The translations under genes were made by a program, and so were the position numbers. From Phallusia mammillata (Eukaryota), in contig OZ281501.1 in NCBI GenBank assembly GCA_965637545.1, positions 12,152,001 to 12,216,000 of the forward strand: a DNA stretch of 64,000 bases. Direction: 5' to 3'. The notes under the pieces were generated by a model. The model searched no databases and was not told the DNA's origin. It worked only from the letters and a program-made list of their open reading frames with translations. Of the stretch, positions 32,122 to 44,000 are shown piece by piece. Position 1 is the first letter of the stretch, and each line of letters opens with the position of its first letter.

Positions 32122-35100
32122 ATGGTGAGGGCGTCTGTTGCTTGTTTATAGTTAGCTCAGATGGTTTTATGTGTGTGTCACGCGGCTATACGTACAGGAA
32201 CCTAAGGGCAATAACCAGTGTTTTTATTGCCGAACAGGGAAATATTGTAGTAATTACACATCGTTTCGACGCAATGCAAAACGAAGGCGCTAGTTTGTTG
32301 TGACACTGGGGTACATTTTTGCAGGAATCATTTTGTCACGACTTCAAAGATTATTCGATGACTGGTGTGCCCCAATCGAATACCTACATTCCAGTGAAGG
32401 TATAGAATATTTTTTCAAATCGTTCAGCTGTTGGTTGTATCACAGGCTGTTCGGATTAAGGTTAATTTTCAGGCTGAAATAAATGGAAGTTATTCTGTAG
32501 AATGGATCTTGCGTATCTGAATGCGACATGGCAGAAAAGGAGCGTCAAATGCACACCCATTACTTTAAGCCAGTTCAGGTTGGTTTCGTATGAGATAAAA
32601 GAAACGCCTTGCTTGTCCGTTTGTAGAAAAATACCCGCTCACTATTCGTAAACTAATAATAACGCACGTAGGAAATGTTTTTTGTCGAAAATAGACTGTT
32701 AATACGTTTGTTGAAATATATAAGCTTTATTTAATGTTTTATTTACCAGCCTTTGGACTCTCCAGTGTACAGTGGCAGTCCAGCACCCCCATCATCAAGT
32801 TTGAACAGCTACCCACGTTATGGAACGGTTATTCCGAACAGAATTTTTGTGGGTGGTATTGACTTTAAGGTAGGTCCCATTAGTTAGTTCATATTTTCTA
32901 CATACTTTACATTCGAACATACATTTCTACACAGACGAAGGAAGAAGACTTGCAGCAATTCTTTTGCTCATTTGGCGTGGTACGAGATACCAAGATTATA
33001 AGGGACCGCGCAGATGTCTCCAAGGGGTAAATACATAGTTTCGGTTTAACGTGTTTCCTGAGCTTTTATAACCAACAAAATCTTTTATTCAATTAAGTGA
33101 GACATGTAATGTAATGTAAAATTGCCTAAAAATAACAGCAGTCATTTGCAGCAATTTTAAACCTTTTTTGTATTTTTGAGGTACGGCTTCGTGACGTTCG
33201 AAAGCGCAGACGAGGCTAATAAAGTCCGAGAAAAGGTAAGAGCACATTATCTTACACATTGCCTAAAATACTCACCATTTTTTTGTCTTTTGTACAGTAG
33301 CACGTGTAACTAGTATTTGCAAACTAAAAAACATTACTTTCGCTTTTAATTTGTAGGAAGATTGCTTGTACATGAACGGCAAAAAGCTAAATATTGGACA
33401 AGCCGTTCGCAAACAGCAAGTCTGTTTCCCGAAAGGTACGGCTGCTTATTATTTCAAAATGTTCTCAGCAAAAAGTCGTTCTAACGTCGTGGAGTAATTT
33501 CTTGGTTTACTTTATTGCAATCTGTGCTGGACATCACATAAATGTATTTTATAACAACGGACTTGCACATTGTGCTTTTTCAGATATACACGTACCTGGT
33601 CCACCAGGCAGTTGGGTTCTACATCCTGGCGGGTATGCTTCCTTTACCAACCAAAACGGAATAACTTACTTTGCACCAGCCGCCCCTGTTATGGCCCCAG
33701 TGCAACAGCACCAGGTTGGTTTACTGACACTTTATGAAATTACCCAGCAAAACGCAAACTAGACCCTCTACCATGTCCACAACCATAAATCCTTTTTTTG
33801 AAATCATCCTATGTTGTTTATAGAGTTTTGTATTGCTTGATTATTTTTTTCTGAATCGCTTTTTTTTTTTTCAGAAACATATTCATTACTATGACATCAC
33901 ATGTGTGACTTTCTTTCCATTTACGCGAAATAGGTTTTAACACAATTATTTGGACTGGGCATTACACTCACAAAAGTATGCCGGAAATAAATGTGCAAAC
34001 AGAACGTTAACCGGCGCTGAAAGTGGTGGTAACAAAGTGTATTCTTTTTCTTTTTAGCCCTTCACACACAGCCATATGATGGCGTACAACGGTTCAGCAT
34101 ACCAGCCCGTATCGAATCACTATGCAAGTTACGCTTACCAAACCCAACCTTACAACACTGTGCATCTACCGTGGAATCACGCACCGGTAAGGATATGTAG
34201 TTTAATACAATAAACCATCACGTAGTATTTTTTTGCACCACTAGTTCTGAATTGAAACCAAATGCACGATTTTTATCGAAACTGAATACTATATTAAGTA
34301 CAAACTATCTTTTTCTTTCAATTGTCAAATTGCCCTACAGTATTCAACGTTTTGCCACATTTCTCATTAGCCGTTTTTTCTCAAAGTGATCATATTAATT
34401 CGCAATACATTTGCTTTGTAAGCGCCTCTATGTTTTTAATATTACAAAAACACTGTAATTTTCATCAACCACAAAACTGTTTGTAGATCGCTGGTGCATG
34501 TGGTCAGATTATCGCTCCATCGCCAACTCACTCTGGGATGGAACAAGTTAACGTGGTTCCCATGGCAACTCCTGCGCTTTCCACTGGAGGATATTTGCTT
34601 CCCCGGTCAGCTGCCGTTGCTCAAACAGTCGCGGTAAATATGCCTCATTTACTCAAAACAAATTCGACTTAAACGCATATTTATGACGACACAGGAAGCA
34701 TAATTAATCCTAGTATATTCAGCAAGTATATTTAGATAGTATTCGCTGTGGACTATGGCATATTCAGATGTATCCTTTATATGTCGACAAAAGGCTTGAG
34801 GTCAGTAACGATCTTATAAAAAGCCTGTCGCTGGGTTTATGTTTATGGGAGATGTAGAAGAGAAATGAATTTTAGTCCTCGGGTGTTCCGCGTATAATGT
34901 AAATCTGAACTTGGTGAGGTTTACGCTTGCTGCAGCGTGTTTAACATTTACTTACTATCTATGCTCCTGTCTTTTTTCACCTAATAACATTACAACATTG
35001 CGCAGCATTTTCGGTGAATATTTCAGCCGACTGTGCGGCTATAGTTGCTTTCACTCAGCAAAATAAACTCAACTCATTTTATAGCCTCAGCCTGTCAGCA

Positions 35101-35661
35101 CACGCCCACCAGATGGCGGTATAAACCACCAGCAAGAAAAGCAATTTGTTCAACACCAAGAGGTAAAAATAGTTGGTATTTATACTCTTAGCAAGATTTC
35201 TTAACAATTATATTGCAGTCACAGCAGCAGCCTCCACAGACTCTGCGTATGATTGTACCACAAAATGTGACAACCACGTATGTACAACCAGCTCCAGTCC
35301 AAGCTCAAGTAATTAATTGCGTACAAATCGATGTTAATTATTATCATTTAATATGCATGTAATAATTTTTTTCTAGCCTCCTGTTGCGGTGTACGCTAAC
35401 CCACAGCCTCAGATGAAACCTGTTTCGACCGGACAGCCGCACTATGTTGGCGTGCATGACACTCAGCCACACTATGTCCCCATGATGGTAGCGGAGGGTG
35501 TGGAAGTAGCCCAAAACCACGTGCAAACTGTCGTCAAGGCCGAGAACGAAATTCTTACGCCACCGCTTACCCCAGAACAGCAGCAACTACCTATGATGCA
35601 TCAACAAGGGCAGCAGCACCAGCCTTTGCAGACGCAACACCCAGCACCCCAACAACAGTAA
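32122..35661 (+). CDS. BOLL: BOULE (DAZ family) germ-cell RNA-binding protein
   Basis: In-frame exons: 32122-32124 (ATG only), optional 32501-32578, 32750-32869 (PRYGTVIPNRIFVGGIDFK), ~32935-33026 (TKEEDLQQFF...KIIRDRADVSKG), 33181-33235 (YGFVTFES, RNP1), ~33357-33435 (KKLNIGQAVRKQQ), 33583-33714, 34058-34186, ~34488-34633, ~35083-35162, ~35219-35308 and ~35378-35661. The RRM matches the recalled BOULE sequence. Confidence 0.95.
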
Positions 35662-36327
35662 ATACATGCTGCTAGGGGCAATGAATAGTCCATTTAACCA
35701 ACAATAGATGACAGCGTGTTTGGACTACTTTTTGATATTTGTATATATGTTTCATTTCTTCTCTTCTCACCGTGGCACTCCGAAGAGTGTGTGTCGCCAT
35801 AGCAACCGCGCCGAGCGAAATCGTTTCCTTGTTGCGAACCAACGTTTTTGCACTATTCTCTGCATTTTATCATCATTAACTAAATATATATATATCTATC
35901 TATACGTGTTCAATCAGTCCCTCATTTTATCTCTCTACATCATCTATACGTCAGTTTCAGTTTTAAGTTAACAGGCTGTTCGGTTAGCGTTAATATTCAT
36001 TAGTTGGTTTATGTTTGATGTTTTTTTGCCACCTGAGGTTCATGGTTTTACTGGTTCAGCATTTGTTTGCGGGAAAGGTTTGTGATTCGTTCGTTTCGTT
36101 TGCTGTTGGTTCGTTCTTGTTTGTTGTTGCGTTGCTTAGAAAATTGTAAATAAACGATGCTGTAGTAGTTGCTGGTTTGGCTGCATGCAAATCATGGCAG
36201 TGTCGATCCGTATAAAAGGCTTTACTCGTGTCGACCATATATTTACGTTGTTAAATTATGCAGGTTGTTGCAAAAATATAAAAAATGGTTGTCACCTGTA
36301 CTCACTAAGTCGACGATTCGTCTAAGC

Positions 36328-36484
36328 CAGGGGTGCGAGAACTGTTCGTAGGGGATGCGGGGATGCTGAATCATTAAGGTTGGTTAGGTCTATATTCTAT
36401 ATAAACACAAAAACCCAGTGGGGCTCGAAAATTGGTTGGTGATTTGAAAGGGGTGCAGCAAGGAAAATAGGTTAAGAACCACTG
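36328..36484. mobile_element. Degenerate hAT-type MITE
   Basis: Ends CAGGGGTGCGAGAAC / GTTAAGAACCACTG; near-perfect 8-bp TSD GTCTAAGC / ATCTAAGC. Confidence 0.7.
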
Positions 36485-36596
36485 ATCTAAGCCCATTTGC
36501 ATGACTCCTAACAATTGTTTAAGATAACTGTTGTGCAAGATAGAGTGGAAAATCCTTCACAGTAGACACCCAGGCTAAAAAGGCAGTGATTTAAAC

Positions 36597-37101
36597 TAGG
36601 GGTGACAAAATCAAACTTTATTTATAAATAATAGGCCAGTCAAAAATCCAGGCCACTTTTCTTTGTGACAATGATTTGGCAACACTGATAATTCTAATTT
36701 TTTTAGTTGGCAACCATGATTTTCGGGCCACTTATAAAATGTGCCTACAGGCCAGCAGACCCTTAATCCGGCACTGTTCATATGTTATGAATAGAAACGA
36801 TCAATGATCTTCATACTGTGCAGCTCAATCTCTGCATCAAGTTGGAAATTAATCTGGGATGTGGGGGCGTCAGAAGTTGGTAGGCTATATATGTGGTATA
36901 AACCTGTTTCTTCACATCTGTAATTTTAAAACAAAAACCAGCAGGTAATTGGCGCCTGTTGGTGAAATAAGGATCTGCAATGCGGCCGTCATAGCGAAAA
37001 GGTTGTTTAAGTGTATATAACTTGATTAAAATCACATGTGGCCCTCGGCATAATTTTAAAACTGCAATGTGCCCTCGAACCCAACGAGTTTGACACCCCT
37101 G
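36597..37101. mobile_element. hAT-Charlie-like element, possibly composite (internal second end CTTAATCCGGCACTG finishing at 36776)
   Basis: Left end TAGGGGTGACAAAATC vs right end (reverse complement) CAGGGGTGTCAAACTC; 8-bp TSD ATTTAAAC on both sides. Confidence 0.6.
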
Positions 37102-38003
37102 ATTTAAACAGTTTGATACTTTTTCTTAAGGGGATTCAAGGTGTTAAATCAACAACTAATATAACATTACCGTTGGTCTACTTAAGAGAGTATTTTAAGG
37201 CTTGGATATGTGTATGATTCTATTTTGTTTACACATGCTTCGTTTTTGGTAACTCCCTTTGGAAACACAAGGTGCAAGTCTACAAAATTTTCACATTTGC
37301 AAACAAGAGTGTACTGTCAAGAAACTCAAACATTGCGGTTTTCAGTAGATTATTTCCTTATTTTCTAGAAAAAAAATCAAAGCCACGTGGAACCACAATA
37401 TGTTTATGTCGTGGTCCGTGGACTGTTAACCTACCAATTAACAAACAGCCCGGATATATGCGTCATAAAGTGTTCATTTCGCCCCGTGAACTCGTACTTC
37501 GAACAGCATTGTCTGTGACGAAACAACGGCGCTCAGGGCCTAGTATGTGGCCCAACCAGACGTGTTGTCTTACGCCCTCAGGGCAGGCGTGTAAAAACTC
37601 GTTTGATTACTTCGATGCCCAGTAAATCGTCAGCTACAGAAAAGTGCGAGTTCTTTGCTATTCGTTCGACTGTTTAATTAAAACTGAGGTTTCAACAGGT
37701 TTAAACGTACAGCAAAGTTTTGTGCTTTATAGAACAAATGTAGGAATAAATGTTAAAGGCTTTTGAATAGCTTGAGGTAGTTTATACTCTTAAGCTACAA
37801 AAGGTACTAGAATCAGCTCAGCCTGAAACTTGCTTTGAAATACCCAAAATCATACCCAAGGTAGTAACAGCCTTTTTTGTTTTGAAAATAATAGCAAACT
37901 CGAGGTTTAATAACAACAGCACCGAGGAAAGTTGAAAATATCAATATTCTAGTGAGTTGGCTAAACCGTGGGCACGAAACTTTGTGCCATACTTCGTATT
38001 GGA

Positions 38004-41000
38004 ATGGATTTGCACGCCAATGTTGCCAATGTAAGTACTTTCTTGGCCTTTATAATAGTTTCAAAAAAGTCGGTTATTTTTTAAACATAAATTGCAAGCA
38101 GGATCTTGAACCTGAAGTAAAAGAACCAGAAAACGATGCAGAAGTCAAAGAAAACATCAATGATGGTGCGGACGCTCTATCTCAGCCTGATAACAATGCT
38201 GTAGAACAAGGTCATTGTTGCATTCATTTCTTATATATTACCATTATTCCGTAGCACATACTAATAAAGTTTTAGTATTTATCGACACCTCTAAAGTAAT
38301 AAGTACATTAATACATCAACAAAAAGGCTATAAAACAGTCATTAACAAGCAATGTGGGATATAATATGTATGTGTAAAATGTCATGTAAAACTCAGTTGT
38401 TGCAATGTTTTATGTTGGTTTGATCAGTCGCATTTTCACACAAACTGTGTGCCGTGTGATCTAAAATGAAGAAAATATCTCAAGTCGTTGTAGTGTATTT
38501 AAGCTATAAAGTAGTCCGACTATTGTTTGTAGTATGTAATCTAAAATTAAGCGAAGTTTATCTTAATTCCTGTGACGTAAATATAGATCAAGAGCAGGAT
38601 GACGAGAAAGAATCTGAAGTAGAAAGGGATGAAAGCGACCAAGGATCATCTTCTTCGGAATCTGACTCTAGCTCGTCTTCATCGGACTCAGAATCGGGTG
38701 CGGAGGACTTTGAAGAACCGGTTATGCCACAAGATAACGCAAGTCCCGAAGAAGGTGCCGGAAAAGAAGAAGAAATCCCGGCGAAAGAAGAATCACAACC
38801 TGATACAGATAGTGAAGAGCAGGAAAATGCAGATGAGAAACCCGAAGTAAATAATGTGGAACCACCACAGGATAGTGGCAAAGAAGATAACGATAGTGAT
38901 GTTTCTGATAACACACCACAAGAGCCAATAACGGAAGATGATAAGATGACACAAGAAAACCAACCCGAATCGGAAGAAAACAATGCCCCACCACCCCATG
39001 ATGATACGAATACGGAGGAACAAGATAATCTTAAGGAAGAGTCGCCTGAAAACAATTCGGTTCACGAAGACGAGCCTCCTCCAGAAGTCGACGCTTTACA
39101 TGGGAATAATTACGATTCGAGCTCCAGCAGTAGTTCATCAGATGATGAGGATGCAGGTCCTCTTGTTATCCGACAACAGCCGGAGAAGCCAGTACAAGAC
39201 GCCCCTGACGACGATTTAGCTGAGTGCCTTAAGCGCGCATTGGAGGAACGGGAGAAACAGCAACAGATGCAGAAACCTCCATGTAAGGTTTTATTAATGG
39301 GAACAAAAAGTCTACTGCAAAATTTTGAGTCAGTTCAAAATAAAAAAACATTATTTTTACGATAAAACAGCCGTATTAAATTACCTTACTATTCATTTGG
39401 GATACAGCAGTTGTGTCTTCAACGTTATTTAAAAACATGTTTATTCTGCCAATATCATAAAATCATGAGTTTTTGCAACCTTAAACCTTCGTATTCTGTC
39501 AAATTTTATTGTAATTACTTTTCTAAATGTAGGTTTAAATGTAGGTGTGTCCAATAATAAATTGCATATACCTGTTTGGCTTCTAGCTCCGGCCCCCATG
39601 AACAATTGTAGCTCGGATGAAGAAATCGATGATGCATCTCTTAAGGCAAGAACAGCCGATGACTTTGCAAACGACCACCCTCCCGCTCTTCCACCGAAGA
39701 TGCGAGTAAAATCAAACACCGGACCAAAGAACGAAGTCCCCAACATCTTCCACGTAAACGATAAGGTTGCGTTAAGCCTGTGACTTGTTAATCCAAATCA
39801 TTTTGGATCATAAAGGCCTCCTCAATAGGATCAGTATTTCAGATAAATTACGGTTCTCCTAAAATGCACAATTCGTGCGTTTTTTGCTTAGGCGTGTGCA
39901 AGAAGCATCACAACCGCAAAGTCCCAATGATTGTGCCGCTCAATGTTTCTGCAGGTCACATTGTTAAATGGTGATCAAATAGGCCAAAATTATCATAGAC
40001 TGGAGGTTTATGTCATCATGTTGTTTGCTATTTATTCTTACTAGATTTTCATTAATTAGCCTATCGAAAAGTACCAAATCTTTAAATGATAAAATGTACG
40101 AAATGTGCACAGTTTATGTTACGAGAATTGTAAACTGGTGTGTTTGACGTTTCTGGCCAAAAACTTGCTCTACCAAACCTAGACCTACCATACATTTTTG
40201 GAGGACATGTCTTCCTTTTACCAGCAACTAAACACGCTCAAACGTTTTTGTTGTTGTTGTTTGATTATAACTGTTAGACATTTTAATACGGTTAAAATAC
40301 ACTACCAGGTTAAAATACATCAGTGTAAAGATTTGTGATAATTGGTATTGGAACTAACTGAAAGCAAACTTCGTTTAAAATTGAAGATTTTAACTAATTT
40401 CGTAAAATTTATCAGTATTTTTGGTAAAATATTAGCACAATAATATCTGGTATATATATATATATATAAGTGTATACACTTGACCCTTTGGCGGTATCTT
40501 ATTACCAGTTTTTGCTATTAAAGCTGTAAAGTAAAATATTTACCATTTTAAATACTAACAGACCGCAAGTCTTGGAAGAGGACGATGGTCGGATGATGAA
40601 CTTTCACCTCCACCTCAAGCTTACAAACAACAACGCAAAGAACCAAGTCGCTCCCAACCTGATAGAATTATCGATTTCTCGCAACCTGTAAGAACTTGTC
40701 AAATGTAGTGAAGGATTCAGTACATTTTATTCTTTTTCTAGCAGCGTTTTAAAATAAATTTATTTAATGGATAGAACTAAATTTCGTTTTTCAAAAGAGG
40801 TTACTTTTGACACAAAATTTTATTATCTTTACTGCATTAACAGCAACCAAAGAACAGTCCAAAACGCCACAGACCAAAACACCATCACCAACAATACGAT
40901 CCACCCAACAGGATTATCAAGGTCCCGAGGTGAGATATCATGTTGTTTGCATTTTGCAGGCAAAACCACTTCGACGCACGCGTACAAACAAAATTGACAC

Positions 41001-44000
41001 GATAATTCCTGACAACTCATTGCCACGTACAGATATAGCCTGTAGGTATAACTGCCAGGCTACAAATGTCAGTGAAGTTTTTATGATCTGATAGCACATC
41101 CAGTTACGAGTGGTTGGTACAACGAAGTATAATTACTTGTAATTGTAGGTTTAACGACGAATTAGCGTCTACTGATTTTTGACCTCACATATGACGTAAT
41201 TCGCGATGTTACCTCTGCGTTGTCACCTACGTTTAATTGGTTAAATGGTAAACTACGATTTTAAGGACGGTTTAATAAAGTATTCGTTTTTTGAATAGTT
41301 TATAATCTAAGTTAAAGGTTTGAGGCATGGATTAATGTTGGTTGAGGCATTTTTTCGGCTGCCATAATACATATTTTAAGTTTGTTAGCATTATATGCTA
41401 GTAAATTGATTCTGGGAATCATTCCCTATTCTGTTACATTCGTGTAACGATTGTCACATTTCATATACTATTATTCACAAGTTTGTTAGTATGATGTTGA
41501 TTGCTTCCAATTGTTTCTGTTCTAAATTAAAGGCTAAAATACGTCCTATCGGCAACCTAAAACAAATCTGTAGATTTATAAGTGATATAAAAAGTTTAAC
41601 GCGAGTATATTTTGTGATATTCACCAGAAACGCCAACGAAGACATCAATGACGTGTACCGACGTCAGGCGATGGTTAGTTTACATTCAAACGTCCCAAAT
41701 CAGCGAAATGGTGACGGTTCGGATCATTACGACAGCGTACATGAGGATAACGACGATCTCAACAGACTGATCAAAGAGGCCAATAGGTACAATAACAAAA
41801 TTTCCTAGTGTATTGTTTTATGTAATATAGGCTGTTGTGGAATACTAAGTACGGATCTTTTCATAAGTTTTATGATGAAAATAGCAGCCCAAATAGACGT
41901 AAAAAGCGACATGCTTTGTTTTTCAATTGTTTCGGCAAATGCTCGTGCCATCAATAATGATATGAAGGGTCACATCAGTTACACCAGTTTGTATAACTAT
42001 AAACAAAGCGTTGAAAAATAAAGCATGTCGATTTTTATGAGCATTTGGGTCGTTATTTTCATCATACGGCCTTTTTTATTTGCCTAAACAAGTTTTAAAT
42101 GTGTACTGAAAAAAAGTTGTTCGTAAAGCTTTAATGCAACTCTTCTCATAGACTGGACATGGATCGGGTCGCAGAGAGAAAAGTCGACCCAATAGATGTG
42201 GTTTATCCATCGTACAACAAAAGTTTACCACGTCAGAAAAATCTTACTTCAGCGTATCCCGAGGTTTTCGCCAAACTCGCTGTCACTGACGATCAAGTGG
42301 TAGGAGCATAATTTGTTTACAAAATATATTTCCAGTTGTCGCAGTTTTTAGGTTATAAATGATTTTTTACTGTTGTTTTAGGTTCCAGTTATTCCTGTGG
42401 TAGAACCCGTTCAATTCAGGTTGGTATAATTTATCGATTTTTTTAGTGGCATTGTGTTTCAGTTTTTACCAAGCCTGTGTTTTTGTGAATTATTTCAAAA
42501 TATACCCTAAAAGAACGTTTGCTAATATAAAACATTTCATTATTTTAACTATTAAAGATATATTTTCGTAATACTTTATTACGACGCTTTGACAAAACTT
42601 TTATAATCAGTGTACAACAGCTAAAACAAATTCCATTCTAAAAAAAGTTTCTGTAAGTGATCCATTGAATCTAATTGAGTAAATGTGGTCGGATTATAAT
42701 CCTTGTTTGTGGTTTTAAATGGACGCACAATTTTGAATGTCTTTTGCATTTTAGTGCGATCCCTCAGGGTCCAGATTTGCCACCGAAAACTACTCGTAAT
42801 TCGCAACGAAAGCGAAAATCGTTGATCAACGATGATCCCCTTCCTACAACTCGAGATCCGCTGGATGGCGATGATGAGATATCGATTGGCGAGTCAGATA
42901 TTAAGTAAGATTCCACAGCAACTGTACTTGAAAGTGGTTGTTGCCATGCAAAAACTATATACTTCCCACATTTCCTCCCAATTCATCTATTTCAGTAATT
43001 CCCAACGTTTTTACTACCACCATATAATTGGGTGGTTTGGTACAGTGTTGGTGTACATATTACATCCAATAATCTTCAAAATATGTACAACTGAAAGTGC
43101 AAGAAAGTTCAAACATTTGCTCAAACAGCTTTCCTTTTATGCCAAAACTCCAAGTCTAATGTAATCCTATATCACTTGGAGCCTGGAGGTACGCGTACTG
43201 CAGTTTGGGAACCACATATTCATATGCACAGATTGTTTTATACCTGTTGTTTTCTAAGATTATTTCACTAAGTCTAAAAGTCGCGTTTGAACAACTTTAA
43301 GGCAGCAAAACTAAAATGTTTTTGGAATTTTTAGATTCCCAACACTACCATCAGACATACCGAAATCACTGGATGCAAGTCAGTATCTGAGTGAAGTCTA
43401 TCCTTCAGATTACACCGACTTCGATTCAGAAACTGATGGCACAGAAATTCAGGTACAGACAAAATACAAGTTATTTGTGTAGCAAATCACTATGCTTGGT
43501 TTAGCCTAGGAGCATGTTTTTTAAATCAGCAATTTGTATTCAAGATTGAAAAAATATTGCCTACGATTAAACTTTTCTTACAATTTCCTATTTAAAGAAC
43601 CATCTTCATCAAGATATCACACCGTACGACACCGTGGCTGACTTAGAGACTGATTTCGATATGCCTAAACCCAAAGCAGGTAAGCGACTGCAGAAGCTAT
43701 TTAATTTGGTGATAAGTGTTGAATGTACAAAATTAACGAAGGAAAATTGGTAACGGTAGTTTTTGTTTCAGACGACGAATCTAACGCGATAGTAAATGAC
43801 GATTACCAGATTTGCACTGCACTCAGCAAATCCCACAACACCTTCCCACGCAGACTGAAACCTGATAAACCAGTTCCAAAGTACGTTTGACATGTAACAT
43901 GGCGTTTCTGTCACATTTTTGCTCGATTTCGAACCCATTGCAGTTTGTATCTAAAAACAATGTACCAACTTACATAATATATTTTGTTTCAAACATGATT

